Shown: positions 16,126 through 34,609, counted from the stretch's first letter. The stretch is 64,000 bases of DNA from the human T2T-CHM13v2.0 reference genome, Homo sapiens (GCF_009914755.1 NC_060937.1); one strand, 5' to 3'. The notes: generated from the letters alone by a model not told the origin. A program made the numbers and translations.

Positions 16126-16130
16126 TCATC

Positions 16131-16332
16131 TGGGCCAGGCACGGTAGCTCACATCTGTAATCCCGGCACTTTGGGAGGCTGAGACAGGAGGATTGCTTGA
16201 GCAGAGAAGTTCAAGACCAGCCTGAATAACATAGCAAGACCTCATCTCTACAAAAAATCAAAATTAGCCAGAATTGCTGGCACAAGATTGAACCACTGCA
16301 CTCCAGCCTGGATGACAGAGCAAGACCCTGCT
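16131..16332 (+). mobile_element. Alu (AluJ-like) with deletion in the right arm
   Basis: Left arm intact; right arm jumps from 'aattagccag' to 'aagattgaaccactgcac'. Confidence 0.9.
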
Positions 16333-16333
16333 G

Positions 16334-16365
<32 letters not shown>

Positions 16366-16443
16366 GAAGGAAGGAAGGAAGGAAGGAAGGAAGGGAGGGA
16401 CGGACGGAGGGACAGAGGGAGGGAGGGAGGGAGGAGGGAGGGA
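16333..16443. repeat. (GAAA)n-(GGAA)n-(GGGA)n polypurine tract derived from the Alu tail
   Basis: Direct reading. Confidence 0.95.
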
Positions 16444-16444
16444 C

Positions 16445-17295
<851 letters not shown>

Positions 17296-18388
17296 CAACA
17301 CCTTAATTGAAAAAAAAGTCACTCCAAAAAAATAGTTTGTTTTGATGCTTTTAATTCTAATCTATCATTACAGAATTTTAACTCTACTGCTTTGCTCTTA
17401 TATTCACCTTCACTTATACCACAAATCTTTGTTCTAATAACACAGTAACATAATGATATATTTGTCTACTCTTTCAATATGTCTAATATAGATTCAAAAT
17501 AACAGTACCAAAATTACTAAAAATAAAATCACTGAATGAAGTTTAAAGAATTCTTTGCCGTTAACTAATGAATTGGTCAGCATATAACTGTCAGTAGTGA
17601 GTCCTAATGTTAAAATTTAATTATTTTACCTGTTATAAAAACAAAACTATTTTACATTGTTATTCACAATTGAAAGAAATTTCATAAAACAAGATTTCAA
17701 TTTCTTTAAGTAGAGACTTTAACAACCTATAAATGGTGTAGTTCAATGGAGTTGTCTCAACTATTAAGAAAATCACAGGAAGAAAAAATGTAAATGATGT
17801 ATATAGATCAAGTTACAGTCAAATGGCATCATGGCATGCTAAATATGCAATGATTCTACAGTTATTTGAATACAAAAAAATGGTAGGAAAATTATTTATC
17901 ACTTAAATGTGGTAGCTTTGGTAGCTTAACTATGCAGAATTCCAAGTTACCTCCTCCACCTCAGCAGTCATATTTACATTATTGAGTGTTGTAAGGCTTT
18001 GAATCCATCTTGGCATACTCGTACTATAACAATTCACTAGCAATAAGTCCTATAACTAGCCAATGAATGTTTAAGGTACATTATTGAATTGATTAGTCCA
18101 TTAAATTAAAACATTAGTGGTTAAAAAAGAGTTCATTGTCAACAATAAAAACAATGGCACAAAACCTGGTTTGTCATGATCCCCCCCCAAAAAAATCAAG
18201 ACTCTAACATGTAAAATACTCAATACACAAATACATAATTATATGATTAAGTGCCACCTCCACAATTTAGTGCTATATTTTGAATTAAATAATATTAATT
18301 TTACTTTATTGGTTTTAGAGTTATTTATATTTAATTAACATATTTGTTTTTATTTAAATATATAACAGTTGTAAGAAAAAGTGTATTA

Positions 18389-18525
18389 AGGCCAAGGCCC
18401 AGTGGCTCATGTCTGTATTCCCAGCCCTTATGGGAGGCTGAGGCAGGTGGATTGCTTGAGCCCAGGAGTTCAAGACCAGCCTGAGCAACATAGCAAGACC
18501 CCGTCTCAAAAAAAAAAAAAAAAAA
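18389..18525 (+). mobile_element. FLAM (Alu left monomer)
   Basis: Monomer plus poly-A. Confidence 0.9.
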
Positions 18526-18599
18526 TAGAAGAAACAAAAATTTAGTATGCCAGAAGCAAATGCTATGTGAATGATAATAGTATAAAAAACTAGAAATCC

Positions 18600-20400
<1,801 letters not shown>

Positions 20401-20435
20401 GAGTGAAAATTGGTCTTATCAGAAAACCCACATGT

Positions 20436-20567
20436 GGCTGGGCACAGTGGCTCATGCCTGTAATCCTAAGCAGTTTGGCAGGAAGTAGGAGGATCCCTTG
20501 AGTCCAGGAGTTCAAGACCAGCCTGGCAACATAGGGTGACCCTCTCTCTATTTAAAAAAAAAAAAAA
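20436..20567 (+). mobile_element. FLAM
   Basis: Monomer plus poly-A. Confidence 0.88.
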
Positions 20568-21759
20568 TCCACATAAATACAGTAAGAAGAAAAGCTAAAA
20601 GGTGTGACTCATGTACACCAAATCCTAAGTTTAACAGTTAAAGTTCTGCTTATATCCACACAATTCCACTTATATCTAAACAATATAACAACGCTAAGTA
20701 CATGCTATGCTTTTCCACCAACTGCCCAATTTAAGGAATAACAAAGGATGAGGTTAAGAAACAGATCTTGGAGCCCCAAGATTCGATATACAGCTAGTAT
20801 CATAACAACAAAATGGGCTTAGTGCCATAACCACAGGCAGATGGTGATACTAATAATTCTCATATTTCCCTGTCCTTCTTTGCTGGATCCATGTTCTGTT
20901 TTCTCCACAACTGGTACGCTTATGAAAAGTTCTTGCTCAAGTCAGTTAAGAACATAAGATACCTTTTAGTAAAAGAACAATTCCCACCCTGTTGAGAACT
21001 GATGTACATTCTCTTTTTATGAGGTGTGTCATACTCCAATTTTCCAAGTTTTTACAAATTTTCACTTTTCTACAAATTATTGAAACCAGAACTATACAAA
21101 AATTTTATGTTGGAGAATCATATTATTACTGTTATAAATCTTTAAAAGTACAACTTGTAAGCTGGTGCTCTGAAGCCAAGAAGAAAAACAGGATCTAAAG
21201 AGAACACAGAAAGAAAGGACAAAGAAAGAAGCAGGCTGAGTGAAGGGACAGAAAACCTTGAGTTATAAATAACTTGGTTTAAAATGTCAAGAGAAACTAG
21301 TCTCAAAGTATCTCTTTCTACAGAGTTATAATGCTTTTTAATAATGAAAGTACTTCACATGACAATTTTCAAAGTCAAAGCCATTTATGGCAAACAAACA
21401 CATAGCATTTGCAATATAACATATTCAGGTAATTTACTGAATGGAAAAATCTCTATGGAATTCATCCAGTAATTATAGTGGGTTCCATTTATAAAACATA
21501 TTTTACCACAAATCTGAAGACTTATAAAACATGATCTAGTATAGGAGAAATGATTATAATCCTTTAATAACTATTAATCACAGAACAATTAGTTTTAATA
21601 ACTATAACCACAGAATGGCATCTTGTTTTACAAATAAAATACAAACCAGTGCACTGTTCTAGCTGTACTCATTCTAAAAATGTCTTTTTATCTTTTAATT
21701 TTAAATTAAATGTCCATTAAAAAAGTATTTTTTATTTTCTATGCTTCTCTATTGTTTTA

Positions 21760-22111
<352 letters not shown>

Positions 22112-22341
22112 TTAAGCACTATTCAAAGTGCTATCCTTCCAGACCCTTTTTCCAGGCATACGTAGATGTATGTATTTGTTTGAATACACACCAAGATAAT
22201 TTTTTAAATGAGATAATACTATACACACTGCATTATAATTTATTTTATTTCTTTATAGTAGATCTTGGATTTCTCTACATTTGGTAGCTCTATTTCATTC
22301 TTTTAAAAGTGTTGCATGGTTGCACAGTAGATGCACTTGGC

Positions 22342-22752
22342 ACTGAAAACTCGACTTAAGTATATCCCGAGGATGACCCTGAATGTGGTTCACAGTTTCG
22401 AGCTAAGGAATCTGGGATAAGCTGGAGACCCATTCCTTATCTATGAGGAACATTCGAGCCCCCAGCCTGGCTCATGGAACACAGGGCATAGAAGGGATCG
22501 AGGTCCTTTGTTTTGGGTTAAATGAAGGTTACCAGGTGGAGGTTGTTAGGGAGAAGGCATTAAGTGAAAATGCTATGTAAACTGCATGACTGTTGCAAGC
22601 AGTTGGTTCTCTTGCCTAGCCCGCTGCCACTGGACTCTCTTCCCTGTATGTAAACTCCCCCCAAAACCCTCTGTCTCCTTTGCTGGCTCTGGGTCTCCTT
22701 GGCCTCTAGAACCTGGTGCCATCCCCACTGGAGTTGATAGGGGTTCAGCACA
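22342..22752 (+). mobile_element. Solo LTR, ERV1 class (subfamily not assigned)
   Basis: LTR-like layout: TATA-like 'gctatgtaaactg', degenerate polyA region 'ccccaaaaccct', end 'gagttgataggggttcagcaca'. Confidence 0.75.
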
Positions 22753-22994
22753 AATTGGTGTTCCTTAATATTGCTGTACTACAGTTTGTTTAACCACTTC
22801 TCTATATATAGACATACAGGTAGGTGAGGGTGTTGTTTTTTGTTTTTGTTTTGCTATCTTATAATCTATTTTAAAATTAGTCACTGATAACATAAACAAA
22901 TCAGAATTTAAAAACACAATGTTAATTCTCCTTGGAAAAAAAGCCATAAAGTGATTATTTGTATTATTCTAATAATACAGATAAATAAAATTTA

Positions 22995-23051
22995 CCTTTG
23001 CCATTTAAAAAAAAAATGGCAAAAACCACAATTACTTTTGCACCAACCTAA
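22995..23051. mobile_element. MADE1 (Hsmar1-derived MITE), left arm truncated
   Basis: 'tttgccattt..aatggcaaaaaccacaattacttttgcaccaacctaa' matches the MADE1 TIR. Confidence 0.88.
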
Positions 23052-23277
23052 CAATAAGCATTTTTTTCATTTTAAATATTTTGGTTTCTCACAGTTGATA
23101 AACGTGCAAAATCTGTCATTGTTTTCAATACAATGTTATCAATAATTCTGAAAATTTACACATGCAACTCATTTTCAAATTAACTGCACATTATGGCCTT
23201 TGGATATGCATTGGATACCCAATGTGTTTGAGGGCTAAATCTCACTAATTCTCCACTATTACTCAATTACGTTAAGC

Positions 23278-23624
23278 CAGCAGTCCCCAACCTTTTTGGC
23301 ACCAGAGGATGGTTTTGTGGAAAGCCATTCTTCCACGGACCTGGAGGTTGGGATGCAGGGGATGGTTTCGGGATGAAACTGTTGCATCTCAGGTCATCAG
23401 GCATTAGAGTCTCATAAGGAGCCTGCAACCTAGATCCCTCACATGCACAGTTCACAGCAGGGTTTGTGCTGTCTATGAGACTCTAATTCTGCCACTGATC
23501 TAACAGGAGGCGGAATTCAGATGGTAATGCTTGCCAGCCAGCCACTCACCTCCTACTGTGCTGCCTGGTTCCTAACAGGCCATGGACAGGTACAGGTCTG
23601 CAGCCCAGGGGTAAGGGACCCCTG
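23278..23624 (+). mobile_element. MER1B-like hAT-Charlie DNA transposon
   Basis: TIRs 'cagcagtccccaacc'/'ggtaagggacccctg'; 8-bp TSD cgttaagc/cattaagc. Confidence 0.9.
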
Positions 23625-24356
23625 CATTAAGCAACTCTTGATTGGTATTTTCAGAAGCCTAGTGTGATACTAGGTTCTCTAAGGAATTCAAAAGAGGTCT
23701 GTGATAAAAGATCTGTCTTCAAGGAGCTTGTACAACTTTTGTGAAAACAAAACAAAACAAAACAAAAAACCTTAGCTATCTATATAAAATCATTACACCT
23801 GAATACAAAGTTTTGAAGAAAATACAAAAGGAAGAAGAAATATGCAAGGGACCAAGGTATATTTTACCGTATTTTATCATAAGGTAAAATATAGAGATTA
23901 CCTAAGTGAGGAAAGAAAAGGAGTAAGTGAAAGAAATGGGACTTTTTTAATTGTACAAAAATCATAGACTTTATAAATTCTTCTAAAACAACATATTTCC
24001 TGAGGATTTGTTAGCAAATACCTAAGAAATGGGAATTTAGATGCACTTTGAAAAAGTACTAGGATTTGGATATAGTGAGATAGAAAAAGGAACAATATCC
24101 CAGCATAGGAAAATTTTTTAGCAAAAATGCAAAGACTGGAATGAAAGTAGAAAAGGGACGGAAAGAGAGGTAGGGAAATGGGAGAAAAGAAAATTGTGGT
24201 TAAAAGGGAAATACATAGGGAAGTTTTTGAGGTGGAGTGGTGGACAGGGAGGGCACATATATTTGTTGTCAAAGGAAGAAGCCTGGAGAGAGGTAAAAAG
24301 CTATTCCCTGTACACTTGGCCCAACACGTTTTGGTCCCATTTCAACCAATACTCAC

Positions 24357-24443
24357 CCTTTTAACTGGCTTCTACAAGAAATCCAGATACACCAAGTATT
24401 TCCTGGCTTTTGTAAGTTTTTATATGTGAGGTCACAGTGAAGT
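24357..24443 (-). promoter_or_regulatory. Candidate TATA-containing internal promoter/short exon in CAB39L orientation
   Basis: Minus-strand TATAAAA (24424-24418), adjacent AGGTCAcagTGAAGT (24429-24443), donor AGG|GTGAGT after 24357. Confidence 0.4.
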
Positions 24444-25542
24444 GTCACAATACACGACATAGCATTTCTCCAGAGTTCCTATTCCTTTCCTGCTGGATTT
24501 TCCCTGTGCCTTTCAAGTTTTTCTTCCCTTTTTTAAACAGAAAATTTAAACTCTATCTCTTCTAGTTCCAAATATGTATTCCTAACTCATCCTAAACTGC
24601 AACAAAACAGAGACTCTTCCAACGGCAAGGACATACCTCCTTAAAAGGCAATTTAACAACCGTCTCCAAATACTTGAACAAACCCTTTGTGGAGTCAACA
24701 TTCATCACAAATGAATTATCCATGCTTTTCTTCCAAACAAATTCTGCATTTTCTATACAATTCTTAATGCTTACTAAAAGATTAACAATTTCTCCATTGG
24801 GATAGAGTCAAAACTGCAGATGAAAGATTTGCCTTAGTAAAAAGAAGCATAATGTTATAAAAAATGAATCATTCTTTTCAAGAAATAGAGGCAGCAACAG
24901 TTCTTAAAATTAAATAAGAACTAGAAGAATGTAGTGAGACAGAATCTTGTATACCGCTGAGTAGAACAAAATCCCCAGGAACCTTTCTAGAAAACAATTT
25001 ACCAGAATATTCATGCTTTTTAACATATCAATTCTACTAACAAAAAGCTATCCTGAGAAAATAGAGATGGCTAGATGGTAAATGATGTTATTGCAATGTT
25101 ATTTACAAAGGAAAGCCAAGAGTATCTACAAAAGGGAAACAGTTGAATAAATTATGTTATGCTACCATCTTAGAATATTATAGACATATAAAAATATTTT
25201 AAGTGCCATATATAGTCACATAATAAAATATGTTAAATAAAAATCAAGAAATAGGACTAATACTTCAAATTCATTTTAAAATCATAAATATTATATATAT
25301 ACAACTATGTGTGTGTGTACAGAGACATGCATAATTTTATATAGATAAAAGACTAGAAGGAAATACAACAAAATTTTAACAGTAATTTTCTCTGGGTAGT
25401 AAGACTACAGATTACTTTTTTCTTCTTTATAATTTTCTGTAACAATCAAATTTTCTACAATAGCATTTATAAGTGGAAAATTTGTTTTAAAAAAGGAGCA
25501 GCTTTGTTTCGCCATTAAGTAGGCATTAAAAAAAAATGTAGG

Positions 25543-25865
<323 letters not shown>

Positions 25866-25867
25866 GT

Positions 25868-26170
<303 letters not shown>

Positions 26171-26348
26171 AATTAAAATAAAATTAAAAATGTGGGCTCT
26201 GATATATTTATGATCTATACACTCTACACTATGGTACTGGTGAAGCCTATAGACTTCTGAGTTTCCATTATAACCCCATGTTGAGTAAAGTTTTAAGGGC
26301 ACAGGAAGGGTGCTGATTTGGACCTCATACAGAACAACTTTAGTGACA

Positions 26349-26465
26349 CTAGAATGTGAGCTTTGTGAGGGCAGGATGTTGGTGTGTTTTGCTCACTGCT
26401 TCATCCTCAGCACCTAAAATAATGCTTTGTACACGGTAGGCACTCAACAAATATTTGTTAATAAA
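26349..26465 (+). mobile_element. L2 3' end
   Basis: 'ctagaatgtgagctttgtgagggcagg...gtaggcactcaacaaatatttgtt'. Confidence 0.85.
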
Positions 26466-26918
26466 TCTCCAACTAATTTTTTAAAAATTATAAATTACTT
26501 TCCTGTTTTCTACTATGCCTTTTGTCTCTAATCATAAGGAAAAACAGAGAGGAAGTGCTGACTTTTAGATGATGAGTGGGGAAGCTCATAAAGACAGAAC
26601 TGGAGTTTTTTGGTTTTCATTGTGTTTTTTGTCCTACAAAGCAAATAATGCTTTCTCTCAGAAAGAAGCTCACTCAGGCTTACTCTGACATGTTCAACTT
26701 TACTACTGACTTTCCTAACAAGCAAAGAGCATTTATGCTGAACCACATCTTCTGGAAAGTCTTGCTTTTACCCCAACTGTCTCACTGTTCATGGATGGGG
26801 AGGTGCAACTAAACTGGGTTGTAGTGAGGACAGAACATGTCACTCTGTTACTGGCTTTAGAAAAAGTAGAGCCAGTGGCCTATGATTCCAAATAGAAGAA
26901 CTATTGCCCTTCTACAGA

Positions 26919-27162
26919 ATGTGCTTTCAAACCTTGCCCCTGACCCACAACAAAAAATACGGCTAACACAAAAACCCCAGTAACAAGCTAACATGTGTGC
27001 AAGTAAAGCAAAAGTTTCACAAAACAACTGCTCTTACCACATCTGATGCAGTCTGATATTGTCTATGCTATTCAATTTAATATTTTTAAACTGTGGATTA
27101 CAGCTCAGCAAACTGATTTTATGACCTACTAGTGAGTGGAAAGCCACAGTTTGAACAATGCT
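26919..27162. mobile_element. Old hAT-Charlie-type non-autonomous DNA element
   Basis: Ends 'gtgctttcaaac' / 'cacagtttgaacaatgctg' resemble Charlie TIRs. Confidence 0.55.
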
Positions 27163-27199
27163 GACAAGGAGACAGTGCTTTCTTCCCCTGGACCTGTAG

Positions 27200-27468
27200 G
27201 CACTATGTAACGGAGTATCTAGTCATGAAGAAAACTGGCTCTGGAGCCTCCTACCTGACTTCACGTACTGCCTCTGCAACTTACAAGGTGCCTGGACAAA
27301 TTACTTAACCTCTCTGGGCCCCTATTTCCTCATATGTAAAATGGAAATAACATACCTATGTCATAGGATTATTATAAGGATTAAATGAATTAATGTATAA
27401 AGTACTCAGAATAGTGCCTGGTACACAGTGAGCACTGTATAAATATTAGCTAAGATTATTATTATTAA
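27200..27468 (+). mobile_element. MIR
   Basis: MIR core 'ttacttaacctctctg..tttcctcatatgtaaaatgg..ggattaaatgaattaat'. Confidence 0.9.
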
Positions 27469-28499
27469 TGTGCCTACTGAGGAGGAAAAACACACACTGA
27501 GAATTAGGTAAGATGTAAGAGAAGGTCAAGAGGTCCTACGTATCCTGATGCTCTTGTTAGAAGCAGAAAAAGAAAACTGATAATCTCAAAATCTTCTACA
27601 TAGAACCAAGCAAATGTTAGTCTATAGTAATTTGGTGTTTCTCTTTGATGCCTAAATAGATATTTGAATTAGATCTCACAGTTTATGTTGGCATCTAAAA
27701 TCTCACTGGCTCTTATCTGAACCCAATCCACTCCTGATTAAGATAATGGTTGGATAGTAATCCATTCCTGATTAGTGTTGAATAGTTAATTTTGAGATAG
27801 TGGGCACTTTATATTCCAATTTTTAAAATAGCCTTATTGAGATATCATTTACATACCACAAAATTTCATTATTTGAGTATACCAGCCAATGATTTTAGGG
27901 GATTGAGGAGAGTTGTGTAATCAACGCTGCAATTCAATTTCAGAACACTTCCTTTACTCCTATTTGTATCATCTGCCTACTTGCAGTCTGCCTATTTTAA
28001 ATGAGGAAAACAATCATGCATTGCCAGGCCATCCAAAAACCCCAACTAATTCCCGCAAATATGACTAACATACCCAACTTAACTATTTAACACTACTGTA
28101 CCAGATAGAAATTACATTTTCCTTCTACAGTGAAGCCAACATGTCCTGTAATGTAAATAAACAATAGAATAATATGTTAACGATATTAAAAATATTATCT
28201 AAATTGGACTCAGGCACCTGGCAGAAGCAAATAACAGAAGCAAATAACGGAAGCAAAAACCTTCAGGGAAAGGAAAGAGAAAATAACAATAAAATACACC
28301 TTTGGGAGCTTAAGAGGATGGGGATATTCTATCAGGGGAAGACTGAAATAAAACTGTAATAGCCTCTTATGTTTTCCCCAAGAAGTTTTCAGCAGTGCTT
28401 ACAGGCAGAATTCTTATCCCATGTTTTCAATCCAGAAATTAAAATCTGAGTTAAAAAAAACCCTGCAAGTCATTATGCTAAATATTCAGAAAGTGAGAA

Positions 28500-29493
<994 letters not shown>

Positions 29494-29610
29494 AAGCAAA
29501 CATATTTTAAAAGCATCATTTTGCCATGTGCTTTTTACTCTTTCACCTCATGTATATTTGAAAAGAACCTTATGTTTTTAATTAATTTACATTTTATTCA
29601 TCAAAATGTT

Positions 29611-29892
<282 letters not shown>

Positions 29893-30012
29893 TAGTCATC
29901 AAAATATTTTCAAAGAACTATTCGATAAATATCAAGTCTTTCAAAAGTTCTTCAAAAGCTTATTTTCCTCCTTTGAATCATAAAGTTCTATTCCACTAAA
30001 AAATATGAAATT

Positions 30013-30225
30013 CCAGCCTGAGCAACATGGCAAAACCCTGTCTCTCAAAAAAATACAAAAATTAGCCACATGTGGTGGCATATGCCTGTAGTCCCAGCTG
30101 CTCAGAGGACTGAGGTGGGCGGACTGCTTGAGCCCGGGAGGTCAAGGCTGCAGTGAGTCAAGATCATACCACTGCACTGCAGCCTGGGCAACAGAGAGAA
30201 AAGAAACCCTGTCTCAAAAAATAGG
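30013..30225 (+). mobile_element. 5'-truncated Alu (AluJ-like)
   Basis: End of left arm plus right arm. Confidence 0.9.
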
Positions 30226-31047
30226 AAGAAGAAGAAATGAAATTCAAAATGTAAAATTTCCAGTGCTTGAATCACAGTTTTCAAATTCAGCTTCAGTACT
30301 GTCAATTGGCAAAACAACAACAACAAAAACCCCAAACTTTATTATTTTAATCTATTTGGTTCATATTTTGCAAGAGATGGTGGATCTAGAAAACTTTAAC
30401 CGGGATTTTATGACCTTCCCCTCCCCACCCCGCCAAATCTGAACAAAGAGCTCAAACTACTTTTTTTCCTTCTTTTATTCCATATCATATAGAAGAATGC
30501 CACAGTTGCAAAAGAGCAAGCTATCTCTAAAATCCAGGGCCAAGATCAGCAATCCCAGTACTTAAGTCAAAAGAATCAATAAACAGTAAATAGGATTAAT
30601 TAAATTCATTCTATGTTTCAATTTGTCCAGGTTTTAAACACATTATTCAATCACAGCCATCATAAAATAAGAAATATTATATTAAACGCATTAACTTTAG
30701 ATTAGAGGATGACAAGTTTAAGGAAGTTGCAGACATCCATTTAGATATCTGTGAAAGGACAATTATTTTAATATTCTTTAATGTACAAGATTTTATTAAT
30801 ATTTCTACAGCACTGTCAAGAAAAAAAGGAGGCCCCAATGAACTGACAAGTAGGCTAACATATAGATTTGTCTTGCCATATTTCTCTATGTAAGTAAATT
30901 CAGTTCTGAAAAATAATGCATAAATATACTTTAATGATACAACTTCATTTATCCTCACCTTGTTGACTTTTTCATCTTATGTTCCCAAATCTACTCCTCT
31001 GCTGGGTTATTAGCATTTTGCAGTTATAGTTATATATTTTATCAATG

Positions 31048-31250
31048 TATTAGAGACAGCTAATTGCCTTCCAATATCTGTTCTCCACTTCTTCCCTAAC
31101 AAAACGCTGTTTATTTCATCACTTTGCCAAACAGTATAAAAGCTCAATTTTCCAGGCTGTCGCCTCAGCTTCCCAAGTAGCTGGAATGTCAGCTAAAGGA
31201 GTCAGTGTGACTTAGTCCTGGACAATAAAATGCAAGTAGGGGCTTCTGGG
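31048..31250 (-). mobile_element. Old ERVL-class LTR fragment (LTR33/LTR16-like)
   Basis: 'ttttccaggc...cagctaaagg..gtgtgacttagtcctggacaataaaatgcaagtag' resembles the LTR33/16 motif. Confidence 0.5.
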
Positions 31251-31314
31251 TAGACATATTTTTCTTTATTCTTCTAAGTAAAACCAAAAGCCATGTACAT
31301 TATGTTTATTATAT

Positions 31315-31374
31315 AAAATGTGTTTGCTTTATTGAGATAGAATTAATGTATCCTAGAATTCTAGAACACCCATT
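31315..31374 (-). repeat. Perfect 60-bp inverted copy of 29143-29202
   Basis: Base-by-base reverse-complement comparison, 60/60 identical. Confidence 0.95.
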
Positions 31375-31619
31375 ATTCTAACTTTATTAGAAATGCTAAG
31401 CATCAGTATTACTGTTGGAATTACGAGAATTTGAAAGATAGCTGCATATAAGGTCAAGAATCAGTAAGTAGAACTACAAAGCAGAAAAAAAATTATTACA
31501 TTTAATATAACAGTAAATTCTAAGGGACTTAGAAATAAATTTAGCAAGCGAAGAACACATCTGCATGAAGAAAAAAATAATAATCATATCTAAGGGCAAA
31601 GAATAAGATCTGAACTAGT

Positions 31620-32730
31620 GAGCAAAATATCTGTACATTATATTTCAACTAAAACCAAAAGGATTCTGAAAGGTGGAGAGACGACAAACTGGCTAGGGAC
31701 CTCAGGACCCAGGAGAAAACATGGTAATGATATCCTGAATTTTCTTATTTTTGCTTTCTATATCCCACTCTGGATACTGGTGAAGCCAGCAACCCAGGAA
31801 CACCAAGTGCAAAGAAACTGCCTCCCCTCTCTGCCCGCCCCTGGAAAAAGACTGCTTTCTCTAGCCAAAGGAACATGAAAGGGGCAGCAAGACAGAAAAC
31901 TTAAAGGCAATAAATAACTCCAGACAAACACCACAGAAAAAAGTGAAACTCCACCCGACCCCCACCAGCAAAAACCAAGTGGAAAGCCTAGACTTCCATC
32001 CCTGTCTGGCTGTAAGAGGAGGCACCCCAAGCTCTTTCCCTAAATGGGGAACAAGGGGAAAGTTGGGACATTCATCCCCCTTGAGCATGATCTAATATCC
32101 CCCTTCCCATCTGCGCTAGTGGAGACCACTTTAGGAGCCTGGACTTGCAGCCCACGCATCAGTCACAAGGTGCTCCTCCCCCGACTGCAGGAGTGGTGCC
32201 AGAGGAGACTTGTTGAGTGCTGGACTTTCACCACCACTTAGCAGTACCAAGGCCTCCCCTCCACATGGTGTCAGTGGAGGTCCATCAGAGAGCAGTAATA
32301 AGGCACTCCTCTACCTCCTAATGAGAGGGGTACCAGTGGAGGCCTAGTGGAGAGCCTGAACCTCCTCCTCTACCCAGCAGTAACAAGCAAACCCCCTCCC
32401 CTAGGTGGTCAACTGAGAACAGGGAGAGAACCAAGCCCCTCTGGTGGTAATGAGGCAACCCTGTCTACCCCCAGCAGTAGTGTTGGAGGGTGCCTGCTAA
32501 AACACAGATTTAAGTAAGACCCAGAGTCTTATAACATAATACACACAAAAAATAATAATAATACACAAATGTCCAAGTTTCAGTCAAAAATCACTTATTT
32601 AATCACAAAGAGATATACCATTTGTTTGATGGGGGCGGGGAGAGAGGGATAACTTATACCAAGAACCAATAAAGATCTCAAACTGAATGATTAAAGACAA
32701 TCAAAAGATGTCAACACTGAGATGAAACAG
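31620..32730 (+). mobile_element. Old L1 (L1MC/L1MD-like) 5' region
   Basis: GC-richer subrepeated 5'UTR ('ggacttgca','ggactttcacc','gtcagtggagg') followed by 'atgtccaagtttcagtcaaaaatcact'. Confidence 0.65.
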
Positions 32731-32910
32731 CTTGACTGTGCAACAATTTTCTTTTCCTCTCAAAATCTTCTGGCCCTTCAGATTAACACTCCACTGACAT
32801 TGCACTTATACAGTAAAAGCCTTTACTAATTTATAAATTATAAACTTTGTGATAAAGGAAAGAGTTAAGTATTTCCAAGGAATTTTAGCCCAAGGAAAAG
32901 TCGGCATTTA

Positions 32911-33222
<312 letters not shown>

Positions 33223-33250
33223 ATAATTTTAAAGTGTATTTCTCCCTTAA

Positions 33251-33372
33251 TTTTTTTTTTTTTTGAGGGATGAGTCTCACTATGTCCCCCAGGCTGGTCT
33301 CAAACTCCCAGGTTCAGTGATCCTCCCACCTCAGCCTCCTGAATAGCTGGGACTATAAATGCACCCGGCTTC
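33251..33372 (-). mobile_element. FLAM
   Basis: Antisense monomer. Confidence 0.85.
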
Positions 33373-33777
33373 CCTTACTTTTTTATTTCTTAAACTTACC
33401 GTTGATTAGAAGCAACCGGAATGAATTCCTTGCACTTCTCAAATTTATTATTCTCTAATATTAGTTACCGTGCAATTCTTACAAGACCAAAAGCATTTTA
33501 AAAGTCAATCTTTAAGTATTAAAAAATATACTGGAAAGACTCACCAAAATAATTTATGAATGAGATGATACTAGGTCATTTTTAAGAACACTAGAAAATG
33601 TTATTTTTACATTCTCAGTGTACAGAATTTTTTCCAAGTTATACGTAAAAACTAGGAAAAAACAAAATCCACAGACCTAATGCAGAAATGTGATACAGCT
33701 TGGGTGAGGATAAAAAGAGGAAGAAACAGCTGTGCTACTCATGAAGGACTATACCATAGATCATTGATGCTCTATCA

Positions 33778-33943
33778 TTAGTATCATCAGGATCACCTGG
33801 ACGGCAGGTGAAACAGATTACTGGGTCCTTTCCGCAGAATTTCAGATTAAATAAATCTAGGGCAGGTGAGAATTGGCATATCAAACAAGTCCCCAGGGGA
33901 CGTTGATTCTGCTGGTCCAATGACCACATTTTGAGAACCACTG
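33778..33943. mobile_element. MER5A
   Basis: 'catcaggatcacctgg...gaccacattttgagaaccactg'. Confidence 0.85.
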
Positions 33944-33998
33944 CCTTAAAGAGATGATGCCTGTGCAGATCACAAAATATAATAATAAAGGTCAGCTA

Positions 33999-34200
<202 letters not shown>

Positions 34201-34609
34201 AAATCATTTTTTAAAAAAAGAGTAAAAATTAGTAGGAGAGAAAGGGAAGTCAGACCCTAAGTTGCTGTAAAGGTAAAAGTTCATAAAAACCAGAAAATAA
34301 AAACAAGTAAGCAACTCTCTTCCCATACACGACAACCTTATTAATGCATTTATTCAACATTTATTGAACAAGAACTATATACCAGGTACAACACATGGAG
34401 AACACAAACATAAATAAGCATTAACTGCTAAAGAGCTCATCATCTATAAGGTGAAACAGAACAAAAAGTAATTGTAGACCTAGAAAAGTTAAGGAATTTA
34501 ACTAAAATGACAAACACAGAAAAATCTGTTCGGCAAATTTCTAAGTTATAACTTCAATGGCATTCTTATTCTTTGGTGACAGGAAAGAAAAAGGGAGCAA
34601 CTTCACTCT

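Noticed and set aside
23858-23893. Short inverted repeat tatattttacc..ggtaaaatata
   Set aside because: AT-rich 11-bp stem; no other support for a structured RNA.
33393-33470. Minus-strand donor ACG|GTAAGT
   Set aside because: No convincing acceptor or promoter upstream; isolated donor motifs are common.
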